64,000 bases of DNA from Chlamydiota bacterium (GTDB taxonomy: Bacteria > Chlamydiota > Chlamydiia > Chlamydiales > JAAKFQ01): the NCBI GenBank assembly GCA_011064725.1, contig JAAKFQ010000002.1, forward strand, positions 2,662 through 66,661, in the 5' to 3' direction. The notes below the pieces were generated by a model. That model had not been told where the DNA came from. It was given only the letters and a program-made list of their open reading frames with translations, and made no database searches. Position numbers and translations under genes: made by a program. Numbering within the stretch: the stretch's first letter is position 1; each line of letters starts with the position of its first letter. Shown in pieces: positions 38,368 to 47,477 of this stretch.

Positions 38368-39486
38368 ATGGAACATATCTACCTAGATAACAATGCCACC
38401 ACCTTAATTGATTCACGTGTAAAGGCTGTGCTCTTAGAAGTCTTGGAGATGGGCCCTTTAAATGCCTCGTCTGTGCACTTTTATGGCCAAATGGCCAAAA
38501 CACGCTTGATCGAAGCAAGACGCCATATTGCCCAAATGCTAGATGTTCATCCTCAAGAAATTATTTTCACAAGTGGAGCGACAGAAGCTCTCAATGGTAT
38601 TCTTTTAGGTTTTCGTGCTAAAACCATCTTAACTTCCACCATTGAACATTCTGCTGTCCATAAAACCTGCCAATATTTAGAAACGCTAGGGGTTGATGTT
38701 ATCTACCTAAAACCTACAAGTGAGGGTAATATCGACCCAAAAGAGGTAGAAAAAGCGTTAGAAAAAGGTGTAGACCTTGCGGTATTTGGAGCGGCCAATT
38801 CTGAAACCGGTGTCTTGAATGACATTGAGTCCATTGCCAAGCTTTGTCAGGAGCATTCCACTTTTTGCTTTGTAGATGGCGCACAGCTAATGGGCAAAGA
38901 AAAGGTTATTATTTATCCAGGATGCGATGCGATCTGTTTTTCTGCACACAAGTTTCATGGACCTTGTGGCGTGGGTTTTTGTTATTTGAATAGAAAAGCG
39001 AAGCTAAAACCTTTTTTGATTGGGGGCGGTCAGGAGTATGCAAGGCGCTCTGGCACGCAAAGTTTGCCCCTTATTTGCGCATTGGAAAAAGCTGTTGATA
39101 TTGCCCAAAGTGAGATCGAGAAAAACAAAAAACAGATGCAAAACTTAAGAGATCAATTAGAAGACTCCCTACTTTCAAATCCTTGCATTCAAAGAAATGG
39201 ATCTAAGTTGCGTCTTTGTAACACAACAAATCTATTTTTTGATCATGTAGATGGAGAGGGATTATTATTTAATTTGGATATGGAGGGTGTGTGTGCGTCT
39301 TTGGGATCGGCATGTAGTAGTGGTGCTCTAGAACCTTCTCGTGTCTTGTTAGAAATGGGATATAATCAAGCGCGCGCGCTATCTTCTTTGCGTTTTTCTC
39401 TATCGCGATTTACAACAGAAGAAGAGATAAAAAAATCCGTTGGGGTGATTCAATCTCATATTTCAAAAATCTCATCAGTTAGCTAG
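38368..39486 (+). CDS. cysteine desulfurase (class V aminotransferase, NifS/IscS-like)
   Basis: PLP-Lys context FSAHKFHGPCGVG. Also RRSGTQS and the active-site loop SLGSACSSG. Confidence 0.85.
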   Translation: MEHIYLDNNATTLIDSRVKAVLLEVLEMGPLNASSVHFYGQMAKTRLIEARRHIAQMLDVHPQEIIFTSGATEALNGILLGFRAKTILTSTIEHSAVHKTCQYLETLGVDVIYLKPTSEGNIDPKEVEKALEKGVDLAVFGAANSETGVLNDIESIAKLCQEHSTFCFVDGAQLMGKEKVIIYPGCDAICFSAHKFHGPCGVGFCYLNRKAKLKPFLIGGGQEYARRSGTQSLPLICALEKAVDIAQSEIEKNKKQMQNLRDQLEDSLLSNPCIQRNGSKLRLCNTTNLFFDHVDGEGLLFNLDMEGVCASLGSACSSGALEPSRVLLEMGYNQARALSSLRFSLSRFTTEEEIKKSVGVIQSHISKISSVS

Positions 39487-40309
39487 AAATAATCCGAATA
39501 ATGGAAATGGCATTGAATGCAACATGCAGGCCGAAAGGAGCAAAAATGGAGCGTTTTTTCTCGTATAAAAATCCCAAAAACCATCCTAGGACAAACAAAG
39601 AGACAATGAGTTCAATATTGTCATAGCTTTGTTTTGTGCTGAAATGAAAAAGAGCAAAAATCGCAGCCGAAAAGAGGATCGCAAGATGACGGTTGACAAA
39701 TTTTTTCAAATAATTGAGTAAAAACCCTCTAAAAATTAGCTCTTCTAAAAAAGGAATGATGATTGCAAAAGACAGCGATGTGAGTATAAAAAGAAGGGGG
39801 AAATCCATTAAATTTTTTAGATGCAACACAGCGAGTTGTTCATGAAGATTATAGTCTGTAATCATGTGGACAAAAATTTGAATGATAAGCCCAATTAACG
39901 CGCTTAGAGGGAAAGCAACAAACCAACTAATCACACCAAAAATAAAGGATGTACTTTTGGCACCGTCTCCTAAGATTTGATGTGTCTTTTGAGGACCTAG
40001 CTTATAAAAGAAGAGTAAAAACAAAAGAACAATGCAAATATTAGAAAGAAGATAGAGGGTATCACCAAATGTCTGTGGATTAAAAAATTTGAAAAAAGGC
40101 AAAAACACAAAACCGAGCACAGTGCCTGTTAAAAAATAGATCACAAATCCAAGCAATACCTGCCAAAAGGAAAGTTCTACAACGATTTTGGGTTTTTCCA
40201 AATTGAAAAACCGCGAAAAAAAAGCGATCATCGAAGTAATGGCGCAAACCATCACTAAAAAGAGAACCAATTTAAATTGCTCTAAGACGAGCAAGACGTC
40301 ATTATTCAT
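39479..40309 (-). CDS. CPBP family intramembrane glutamic endopeptidase (CAAX protease-like)
   Basis: Polytopic protein with motifs EELIFRG, FALFH and HVAFN. Confidence 0.8.
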   Translation of the reverse strand: MNNDVLLVLEQFKLVLFLVMVCAITSMIAFFSRFFNLEKPKIVVELSFWQVLLGFVIYFLTGTVLGFVFLPFFKFFNPQTFGDTLYLLSNICIVLLFLLFFYKLGPQKTHQILGDGAKSTSFIFGVISWFVAFPLSALIGLIIQIFVHMITDYNLHEQLAVLHLKNLMDFPLLFILTSLSFAIIIPFLEELIFRGFLLNYLKKFVNRHLAILFSAAIFALFHFSTKQSYDNIELIVSLFVLGWFLGFLYEKKRSIFAPFGLHVAFNAISIIRIISS

Positions 40310-40968
40310 TGTTGACTTTTTGCAACTAAAATGTACTCATGCACACGATGTGCTAAATCCAAAACAACTTTTCTATGTGCCAAAAATACAGGGGTTTTAT
40401 AATACTCAACGCAGCCGATGCCATGTTGAAAATAGTCGGTATTTTTTTGTGCCACATCGATCAGTTGTTCTTTTTCCACAATTTCATGCAAAATCACTTT
40501 GGGTGTTACTGATCGAATATCGACAACCATCAAGCGCATCTTTAAATTCAAAACTTTTGCAATATCCGTTGAATTGGATGTTTGCACGCCTTTTTGTAAA
40601 AGTTCTGCTTCTTGATGATCGATCAATTCTAATTGCACCACAAATTCTGCTGGATGAAAACTGGTATGAAGAGTGTTTTTTTCAGATAACAGATCCGTAT
40701 TGTTTAAATTAAAGATGCCATTTTCTGTTTGTTCAGCCCCGAGCACATAGAGTCCTGCCATTTGCAATAACTCGTTTTTCAAACTAGATTCTAATTCTTG
40801 TACGACATTCCATGGAAGATTAGGATTTGCATTGGATTTCATTGGTAAAAGGGCAATTGTGGGTTTTGCTCGCCCATCGTCAAAATACTTAGAAAAAGTG
40901 GCCTCTTCTTTTTTTTGGCATCCAAAGAACACCAAAACACTTAAAAAAATGGGAACTATTTTGCGCAT
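40306..40968 (-). CDS. hypothetical lipoprotein
   Basis: Signal peptide with a lipobox (LVFFGC). Has a 4-nt overlap with the downstream CPBP gene. No other motif. Confidence 0.55.
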   Translation of the reverse strand: MRKIVPIFLSVLVFFGCQKKEEATFSKYFDDGRAKPTIALLPMKSNANPNLPWNVVQELESSLKNELLQMAGLYVLGAEQTENGIFNLNNTDLLSEKNTLHTSFHPAEFVVQLELIDHQEAELLQKGVQTSNSTDIAKVLNLKMRLMVVDIRSVTPKVILHEIVEKEQLIDVAQKNTDYFQHGIGCVEYYKTPVFLAHRKVVLDLAHRVHEYILVAKSQQ

Positions 40969-41197
40969 AACAACCTCTTTTTTTATTTATTCCCTCGACT
41001 ATATCAAAAAAAAATCAATTTGCAAAGAAAATCAAAATAAAATGTAACCCAATTGAAGCAATTGTGGCTTTTTGTGACTTTGTGATGTAGAAAAAAGTTA
41101 CCAAGTGTAACTGTATGTGGAAAAAATTATTTTAAGTGTATTAAAAAAAATACGCATATGGTACTGTGCAAAAGAACATTAAATGTAGGAGAGCAGC

Positions 41198-41740
41198 ATG
41201 TCACTAGAAAATGCGACAGAAAACTTAAAAGAATTTGGAAAAGAACTTGGTTTAGAGGGCTTAGAATTTGATGAAAATAACACCTGTATTTTAGGGATTG
41301 ATGATGCCTTTTCTATGCACCTCACTTATGAACCCAATTCAGATCGACTCTACATTTATTCTCCTATTTTGGATGGTCTTCCCAAAGACAAAGACACACT
41401 TTTGAGGTTGTATGAAAAGCTTTTAGAAGGATCCATGCTAGGCGGACAGATGGCAGGTGGTGGTTGTGGAGTCGCTCCACAAGAAGAACTCATCTTACTT
41501 CACTGTGCTTTAGACATGTCCCATGCACCTCCACAAGCTCTTAGAGCCTTTGCACCTCTTTATGTAGAGACAGTGGAAAAGTGGAGAAAATGTACCACAG
41601 ATCTTGTAGAAGGACGTACTCCTGAGATTGTCTCTCCGTTGGAGCAATACCGTCAGCAACAAGGCGGAGGAGGACCTGTGCAAGCTCCCAAACAAAAAGG
41701 CGAGGGCCAAGGACCTGGTCTTGGTAGTATCCGCGGTTAA
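41198..41740 (+). CDS. class I type III secretion chaperone (CesT/SycE-like; resembles chlamydial Slc1/Mcsc-type chaperones)
   Basis: The pattern LKEFGKELGLEGLEFDENNTCILGIDDAFSMHLTYEPNSDRLYIYSPI...LYEKLLEGSMLGGQMAGGG is characteristic of chlamydial CesT-family chaperones, with a Gly/Gln-rich tail. GGAGAG lies 6 nt before the ATG. Confidence 0.8.
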   Translation: MSLENATENLKEFGKELGLEGLEFDENNTCILGIDDAFSMHLTYEPNSDRLYIYSPILDGLPKDKDTLLRLYEKLLEGSMLGGQMAGGGCGVAPQEELILLHCALDMSHAPPQALRAFAPLYVETVEKWRKCTTDLVEGRTPEIVSPLEQYRQQQGGGGPVQAPKQKGEGQGPGLGSIRG

Positions 41741-41742
41741 AA

Positions 41743-41901
41743 CCGATATTACACATTAAATGTAACTTATGAGAAGGCTGTAGAGAATAATCTATTGCGT
41801 CTTACTCTTTATCCAACTCAAATGAGAGTTGGATTTCATCGTAATACTTGTATCTTATCCTCTTCGCTCTTCCCCTAAGTAGATTTACTGTGTAACATCG
41901 G
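41743..41901. mobile_element. family A 159-bp MITE-like element, copy A2
   Basis: TIRs CCGATATTACACATTAAATGT / AGATTTACTGTGTAACATCGG. Core GAGAAGGCTGTAGAGAATAATCT...CCAACTC..GAGTTGG...CTTGTATCTTATCCTCTTCGCTCTTCCCC. Starts 2 nt after the chaperone stop codon. Flanks are TTAAAA and TTAAGA. Confidence 0.75.
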
Positions 41902-41946
41902 TTAAGACTGTTACTTAAGCATTAACTTCAAAAAGGCGTCTATTTT

Positions 41947-42489
41947 TTATTCATGCCCTTTGCATTTGCAGCTAGATTTTGAGTTGGGATTGAAGACCTT
42001 AAATCCTGTATTATTGAGCTCTTCAATATAGTCGATTTCAGATCCAAGTAGTTGTTTCACAAGGTTTTGCTTCACAAAAATTGAGATTCCGTTGGAATGA
42101 AACGTGCGATCGTTAAGAGTGGCTTTTTCTTCAAAATCCAGCACATATTGACGCTGGCAGCAACTAGATTCGACCTCTCCAAATCTCAGGCCAAACCCAT
42201 CCTTGTTTTCTGATTTGCAAAAATCCTTAAATTTTTGCGCAGCTAGGGGCATGAGTGAAATCGTATCTAAGGGCCGTGAAATCTCATCATTTAAAGCTTT
42301 TAGGATCTCATCTAGTTGATCTTGTATCCCATGTCCAATAATGCCCGCTTCTAGCGTTTCTGTTGTAGCCACGTGACATCCTACACATTGGAGTCCAAAT
42401 TGCATTAAAATGTGCGCTAGTTTTTCAGCTCTTTGTGGATAGCTTTCGAAAATATCCTCAATAATCATGGTTTTTTTAATCATAAACAC
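41947..42489 (-). CDS. DUF1858 (redox-disulfide domain) fused to a HesB/IscA-like Fe-S assembly domain
   Basis: The N-terminal IEDIFESYPQ...GLQCVGCHVA fits the DUF1858 pattern. The C-terminal GLRFGEVESSCC...FNPNSKSSCKCKG is HesB/IscA-like. Confidence 0.65.
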   Translation of the reverse strand: MFMIKKTMIIEDIFESYPQRAEKLAHILMQFGLQCVGCHVATTETLEAGIIGHGIQDQLDEILKALNDEISRPLDTISLMPLAAQKFKDFCKSENKDGFGLRFGEVESSCCQRQYVLDFEEKATLNDRTFHSNGISIFVKQNLVKQLLGSEIDYIEELNNTGFKVFNPNSKSSCKCKGHE

Positions 42490-42490
42490 C

Positions 42491-42748
42491 TCAGAATGTG
42501 ACCTTTACATTGCCTTCTTTAATTTTACACTGACACGCTAAGCGCTCTTTTTCCATTTCTCCCAAAAAATCTTCTTCTTGCTGAGTAAATGCGCTTAAAT
42601 TCTCCATTCCCTCTGTCACCTCGATAAGACAAGTTCCACAAATACCTTCAGTACAGCCAAAATTCAAGCCTGCTTCTTCGCACACCTCTTGAATTTCAGA
42701 TCCATTCTCCAGTTCCACTTCTTCATCATTTATTGTGAGTCTTGCCAT
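42491..42748 (-). CDS. 2Fe-2S ferredoxin
   Basis: Cys ligand pattern CTEGICGTC...LACQC. Start set at the internal ATG (MARLTIND), which is preceded by GGAGG. Confidence 0.75.
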   Translation of the reverse strand: MARLTINDEEVELENGSEIQEVCEEAGLNFGCTEGICGTCLIEVTEGMENLSAFTQQEEDFLGEMEKERLACQCKIKEGNVKVTF

Positions 42749-42880
42749 AAAAAAACCTCCAAATTTTTCCCATTTTACTTGGAAAGGGATTAATTTCAAA
42801 TCTTTAGAAACGTTTTTGCCAGCAAACCTGCCTAAGGGTATAAAAACAAGTAGGGGCTAAAACCCCCAACAGAAGGATAT

Positions 42881-43081
42881 ATGTCAGAAGAAGACTTGCA
42901 AAAACTCAAGACTCACATAGCAACTCTAGAGAGCAAAATAGACCAATTAGAGTCTGAGCTTGCTTATCTCAACCAACTCTTACTCAAATTTGGCTTTCCC
43001 GAAGGCATTGATAGTCTGAAGCTTGCGATCGAAGAGCTTTTAGATGATGAAGATTTCCCCACGCCTCCGGAGCAGTCTTAA
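42881..43081 (+). CDS. small acidic coiled-coil protein (66 aa), hypothetical
   Basis: GAAGGA lies upstream of the ATG. Heptad-rich (LKTHIATLESKIDQLESELAYLNQLL) with an acidic tail. Confidence 0.45.
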   Translation: MSEEDLQKLKTHIATLESKIDQLESELAYLNQLLLKFGFPEGIDSLKLAIEELLDDEDFPTPPEQS

Positions 43082-43236
43082 GTCTCTTAAAATCAATCAG
43101 TTATTATTATAGTTTTTCTATTAAATTTCTATTAAGTATTTATTAAGGTTAAAGTCTAACCCACTTATAATTAAAGATATATAAAATTAATCCTTCCAAT
43201 ATAGCACCCTAACCTATAGAAAACATTCAAAAAATA

Positions 43237-43245
43237 TGTTATAAT
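43237..43245 (+). promoter_or_regulatory. extended -10 box TGTTATAAT upstream of 43309
   Basis: TG-n-TATAAT in a very AT-rich spacer. It ends 63 nt before the ATG. It is one of six near-identical boxes in the 43-55 kb region. Confidence 0.5.
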
Positions 43246-43308
43246 TAATACAAATAGTGATAAAAAGCATAAAAAATAAAACTAATAATAATAAATAGGA
43301 GAATAAAA

Positions 43309-45612
43309 ATGTTCAATTTAACAACAAGATATGAATTTTATAAAAGCAATCTAAACGGCACTCATTTAAGCCAAACAGCTGAAGAAGGAGATTATGATGA
43401 TGAGGTAAAAACCAGTTTTGGTGTCAAGGCTGGTGCGGTTGCTTTGGCATGTCTTAGCTTATTGCCACGCGGTGCAGTGCAAAACAAAGCTATGATCGGT
43501 ATCATGGGGTGCTTTTTACCAAAACAGCCTAAAGCCGAAGCTGTCAAAACAGATAGTATTGGAAAAAGAATTTTTAGCTGGATCAGCGAAAAAGTATATG
43601 GAACTCCCGAACAGCAAACAGCAAAAGCTGAAGAAAAAGATGCTAAAAAGATGCATGCTGAAATCGAAAAGGCAAGAGCAGATTCACAAGCAGCAAAGAC
43701 AAAAAAAATCAAAGAAGAAACCGCCGCAGAAAAAAGTGCAGCTGTCGCTGAAACCAAAGCGATGAAAACAGGTCGCCAAGCGCTTGAAAAAGAAATCGAT
43801 AGATTTGTTAAAGAATTGGATTTTAAGCAATTTAAATCAATAGAAGAAATGGCTGAAGTAGCTAGGACTGTTTTCTATACTGAGGGAGCTGCGAACATAA
43901 GCTCAGCAATTACAAGTGAAATGAATGTGTTGAAAGAAGCAAGATTTTCTGGGAAATCTGTGAGTGACTTTATGACTGATAAAGAACTAGAGTTACATAT
44001 CCTTGGAAAAGTTATTAATCAATATTATGGAATTGAAGATGGAAAAGCTGTCTATTTTATTTTACAAGCATATGTAAAAGCAAAATGTGACAAAAGTACA
44101 GATTTTCATATCGCGCTTTATGAACAAGTTGATGGAGACCATCCAGCAGAAAGTCGTGCAAAACAGGCTGTTGAAAGCGTAACAAAAACAGTTGAAAAAG
44201 AACTTGCACAATACATTTCTTCAGGTAAAGCAAAAGCAAAACTCAGTGCAATATTTGCAGATTTTGCAGTGGGTTCTCAACAACTATTAGATACAGGTAA
44301 TTTTAGTAAAATAGCACATTCACAAAAAACACTAGACCATCCAGCACTTTTTGCATTAGCAACTCTTAAAGAAGCACAAAAAACAAGAGGAGAACTTCTT
44401 GATGGTTCTTTTGCAGATGTGATGACCGCATTAGATGCATTAAAAGGAGAAGCACGTGTACTACAAGCTGTTCATAATTTCGTTATTGCAGCAGATGAAG
44501 CATCGCAAGAGCTGCATGCAGCGCTAGATCCTAAGCTTCGAGCAGCAGGGACATTAGAAAGAGAATTTGGAAGTGTAGAAGATTTAAGACAATTACTAGA
44601 AATAGAAAAAGCGCTGAAAGCAGGAGTGAAAAAAAGCTTTTCTCAAGCAACAGGAACTCTTGAAGCTGTAACTACACAACAAAAACTCGTTCGACCTATT
44701 TACAATGCATTGTTTGGTACAGGCATTTTAATGCGTGCTAAAGGCTCAACTCGCCAAGCACAATTCGCAAGTTATTTTGACGAAGATGGTAAAGTAAAAA
44801 GTGCTCACGAACATGACTTTCTAAGAAGTAAGAAAGAGTTTGTTGCTGCACTTAAAGGAATAGAGGGCGTTAATTTTGATGCGCTAATTGCGGATGATGC
44901 TGATGCGCTAATTGCGGATGATGCTATAGATCATCTTAAATTACTATTGCTCGAGCTACGAGCTGAAGAAACTACTTCTACTAGAAAAGAAGAGATTATT
45001 TATGAAATTTTCGTTAGAGAAACCGTCAAAATGGCAGGAACGCCTGTAACTTTAGCAGAGTTGGTAGAGCAAAAAAAACAAGCAGTAGACCTGAGTGTAC
45101 AAAATGCTAACAAAGCATTTAGAAATGCGCAAGAAGGAGTAGCATTTCATTCCAAAGAATGTGCATCAAAACAAAAAGAATATGATGCAGCAAAAGCAAA
45201 ACTTCTCAAAGCTCAAGCAGCGTTCATAACTGCGAATGATGCTAGAGGTATAATAATTTCTGTAGAGAAATCATTAGAACAAAATCATAATGCACAAATA
45301 AGTGAAATTGCTGCAGGATATGCTCAACGATTAGTAGCTCTAGAAGAAACGGTAGAGGAAGCATCTGCAGAATGGCGTGAAGCTACAGATAGAGTCGTAC
45401 TAGCAAGTGTTGAAGTAGATATGGCTGCAGAGGACGCAACCGATGCAGATCAAATTTCTACAGGATACCTAGCAACTGCAATTCTTAGAAGATCTGATGA
45501 AATTTACCAAGATGCTCAGCAATTTGCTGCACCGGAAGGAAAAATTGAATTCGATGTTCCAGCCGTTGTGGTTGAAGAAGAAATTGGTGCTGATGCGTTA
45601 GATGAAGAATAA
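43309..45612 (+). CDS. hypothetical Ala/Lys/Glu-rich coiled-coil protein (767 aa), candidate secreted effector
   Basis: AGGAG RBS. Short paired hydrophobic stretch near the N-terminus (AGAVALACLSLL..AMIGIMGCFL), followed by long predicted coiled coils. Contains a perfect 24-bp tandem duplication. No enzymatic motif. Confidence 0.75.
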   Translation: MFNLTTRYEFYKSNLNGTHLSQTAEEGDYDDEVKTSFGVKAGAVALACLSLLPRGAVQNKAMIGIMGCFLPKQPKAEAVKTDSIGKRIFSWISEKVYGTPEQQTAKAEEKDAKKMHAEIEKARADSQAAKTKKIKEETAAEKSAAVAETKAMKTGRQALEKEIDRFVKELDFKQFKSIEEMAEVARTVFYTEGAANISSAITSEMNVLKEARFSGKSVSDFMTDKELELHILGKVINQYYGIEDGKAVYFILQAYVKAKCDKSTDFHIALYEQVDGDHPAESRAKQAVESVTKTVEKELAQYISSGKAKAKLSAIFADFAVGSQQLLDTGNFSKIAHSQKTLDHPALFALATLKEAQKTRGELLDGSFADVMTALDALKGEARVLQAVHNFVIAADEASQELHAALDPKLRAAGTLEREFGSVEDLRQLLEIEKALKAGVKKSFSQATGTLEAVTTQQKLVRPIYNALFGTGILMRAKGSTRQAQFASYFDEDGKVKSAHEHDFLRSKKEFVAALKGIEGVNFDALIADDADALIADDAIDHLKLLLLELRAEETTSTRKEEIIYEIFVRETVKMAGTPVTLAELVEQKKQAVDLSVQNANKAFRNAQEGVAFHSKECASKQKEYDAAKAKLLKAQAAFITANDARGIIISVEKSLEQNHNAQISEIAAGYAQRLVALEETVEEASAEWREATDRVVLASVEVDMAAEDATDADQISTGYLATAILRRSDEIYQDAQQFAAPEGKIEFDVPAVVVEEEIGADALDEE

Positions 45613-45640
45613 GCATCAAGCGAATAGATGTTCTAGAATA

Positions 45641-45668
45641 AAAGCCGGCCTTTAGGTCGGCTTTTTTA
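45641..45668 (+). terminator. Rho-independent terminator
   Basis: AAAGCCGGCC-TTTA-GGTCGGCTTT stem-loop followed by a T-run, 29 nt after the stop codon of the 43309 gene. Confidence 0.8.
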
Positions 45669-45704
45669 TTGCTAGAAAGAATTGAAATACATATACTAAG
45701 CTTA

Positions 45705-45938
45705 TACCAGTAGTAAAAATTAAATGTGTAAATTGGATTCAAGATTTCCAATCGGAATGAAGTCAAGGGGGCTGTGCAAGCAGCCCCATATGAAATCGTA
45801 GCTAACCACTAGGGGACTGCTTAAACAGCCCCTTCAGATGGTTAGCAAGATTGAAAACGAAATTTTACTGACGCCTGAGCGTCAGTTCTGATTGGAAAGA
45901 TGGAGATGAATTTGTACGGTTAATTTTTGCTATTGGTA
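45705..45938 (+). repeat. family B nested-palindrome repeat, copy B4 (long form)
   Basis: Ends TACCAGTAGT ... GCTATTGGTA, flanked by TTA/TTA. Contains all B1 modules plus an extra GGGGGCTGTGCAAGCAGCCCC hairpin. Ends 5 nt before tRNA-Pro. Confidence 0.75.
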
Positions 45939-45943
45939 TTATT

Positions 45944-46018
45944 CGGAGCATAGCGCAGCTTGGCTAGCGCGGCTGCTTTGGGAGCAGTAGGTCGGGGGTT
46001 CAAATCCCTCTGCTCCGA
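45944..46018 (+). tRNA. tRNA-Pro (anticodon UGG)
   Basis: I folded the cloverleaf by hand. The acceptor stem is CGGAGCA/TGCTCCG and the D stem GCGC/GCGC. The anticodon stem GCTGC/GCAGT carries the loop TTTGGGA, and the T arm is GGGGG-TTCAAAT-CCCTC. The discriminator is A and CCA is not encoded. Confidence 0.9.
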
Positions 46019-46088
46019 TCTTTTCTAGAAAGTGTCCCTGTCCTAATAAAAAAGCCGTGTTGAATGAGTGTGGTTTTTTGCTGGGTTG

Positions 46089-46313
46089 GTAACAGTCTTA
46101 AATTCAAGTTTAGTTTGTTTAGAATCAGAGGTAGTTTTTCTTAAGGTTGCCACAAGGAATAATCAAGCCTTAAGGGAAGAGAGAGAAAGTTCATGAAGGT
46201 GATGAGTGAAATAAGCTCGAATTTGAGGTGATAAAGCTATTTTTAAGGTGAAAATCACGGGAAGAAAGAGTTTCTTCTGAGGATAAGAGAACTAAACTTA
46301 GAAACTCAGTTAC
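46089..46313. repeat. family C inverted-repeat element, copy C1
   Basis: Ends GTAACAGTCTTAAATTCAAGTTTAGTT / AACTAAACTTAGAAACTCAGTTAC. Shares the AAGTTTAGTT TIR core and an internal GAAGAAAGAGT segment with the copy at 60928. Confidence 0.5.
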
Positions 46314-46390
46314 TGGTCATATAAAAAAGGAAAATTACTCATCTTGAATAGAAGCATAAATTTCATCAGCTCTTTCTAAGGCAGGAGAAT

Positions 46391-47275
46391 CTAATCCAAG
46401 GGGGTGAATTTAGGGTCTAGGGATAGGGATGCTCTTTGTGTTTTTATTGCAGCGCAATAAATGGCGATAATTTCTTTAAATCCTTCTACCATAGAACCTT
46501 CGTTGTAACCTAAAGCATGCAATAATGCTTGGTGTTCTTTAGGTTGATGGCTATTTAGCTCATTTCTTGCTTGTTCAATACGCTTAAGGATTTCTTCAGG
46601 TGAAAGAAGAGAAAATTCGCGGGCTCTTTCAGCGACAAATTCGTCATAATCTGCTTTTGTTTGAAAACGTTTGAATTGCATTTCTCCCTCGAAAGCAATT
46701 GTATGTTCCTGAAAATCACTTTCATCACCGCTACGTAGCACTTCATCATCAGTTAATATACCCTCGCTTTCATCTTCTGAGGCTAAATCTTCAGGATTAC
46801 TACCAAGAACAGTAACTTTAGGTGTTGATCTATCAGAAGAAATTTCTTCTGATGCGGAATCAGAATCATCTGATTCTAGTCCGCGTCTTATTGAATGAGA
46901 TGGGTGATGGAGATCATCGCTATCACTTAGCCCTTCTGAAAGATTATCCAGTTCTACAGGTTTGCTTGGATCAAAGAAATCTGGTTTTATTCCTAAAATC
47001 AGATGGGAAAGTTGGATCAATGGGGTGCCGGCAGTGTCGAATCTTTCTGTCACGATGTACTTAGTAGAAGTGCTTGAAAATTTGTGATCTTTAAATGCTT
47101 TTTGGACAATAGCTTCCACATCTCTTTGATATAGCGAAACCAATTGTTTTGCGATTTTATCGGTAGTTTGGACAAGTGCATCATCAGGATGTAATAGGTC
47201 CACGGCATAGTGTTTACCCTGAATGGTCACATCCCAAGTCACTGATTCTGAGCCTGTTTTCAATGGTCCAGCCAT
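46391..47275 (-). CDS. hypothetical acidic protein (294 aa) with Ser/Asp/Glu-rich centre, candidate effector
   Basis: Clean ORF with an AAGGAA RBS. The centre is low-complexity and acidic (SDSDDLHHPSH...ESDDSDSASEEISSD...ASEDESEG). It has its own TGTTATAAT box. Confidence 0.65.
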   Translation of the reverse strand: MAGPLKTGSESVTWDVTIQGKHYAVDLLHPDDALVQTTDKIAKQLVSLYQRDVEAIVQKAFKDHKFSSTSTKYIVTERFDTAGTPLIQLSHLILGIKPDFFDPSKPVELDNLSEGLSDSDDLHHPSHSIRRGLESDDSDSASEEISSDRSTPKVTVLGSNPEDLASEDESEGILTDDEVLRSGDESDFQEHTIAFEGEMQFKRFQTKADYDEFVAERAREFSLLSPEEILKRIEQARNELNSHQPKEHQALLHALGYNEGSMVEGFKEIIAIYCAAIKTQRASLSLDPKFTPLD

Positions 47276-47307
47276 AATATGTTTATTCCTTTTATTTTTA
47301 TAATAAT

Positions 47308-47316
47308 ATTATAACA
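47308..47316 (-). promoter_or_regulatory. extended -10 box TGTTATAAT (minus strand) upstream of 46391..47275
   Basis: The reverse complement of 47308-47316 is TGTTATAAT. It ends 32 nt before the start codon. Confidence 0.5.
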
Positions 47317-47477
47317 TATAACGCTTTAATTTTCAGTTAATTTGATAAATCTTAATTCAAATTTAATAAACATAAGCGGTTTATTGTTAGTACTTTGTGT
47401 GAAAAGATAAGAGTTGCGTCATTCGTTTAATGTATTGTATATTGGGTATTATTTTTAAGCTTGATGAGAGGTGTTTT

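Noticed and set aside
40188-40712. 174-aa ORF on the plus strand
   Set aside because: It is antisense to the 5' end of the CPBP protease gene and to the lipoprotein gene. There is no RBS and no motif.
43392-43757. 121-aa Ala/Ser/Phe-rich ORF on the minus strand
   Set aside because: It is the antisense frame of the Ala/Lys/Glu-rich 43309 gene (GCN and AAR codons read backwards), a typical shadow ORF.
47430-47477. ATG-initiated 16-codon N-terminal extension of the adenylate-kinase-like gene
   Set aside because: The extension (MYCILGIIFKLDERCF) has no counterpart in Adk proteins, whose P-loop lies within the first ~15 residues. GTG 47478 follows a GAGAGG RBS.
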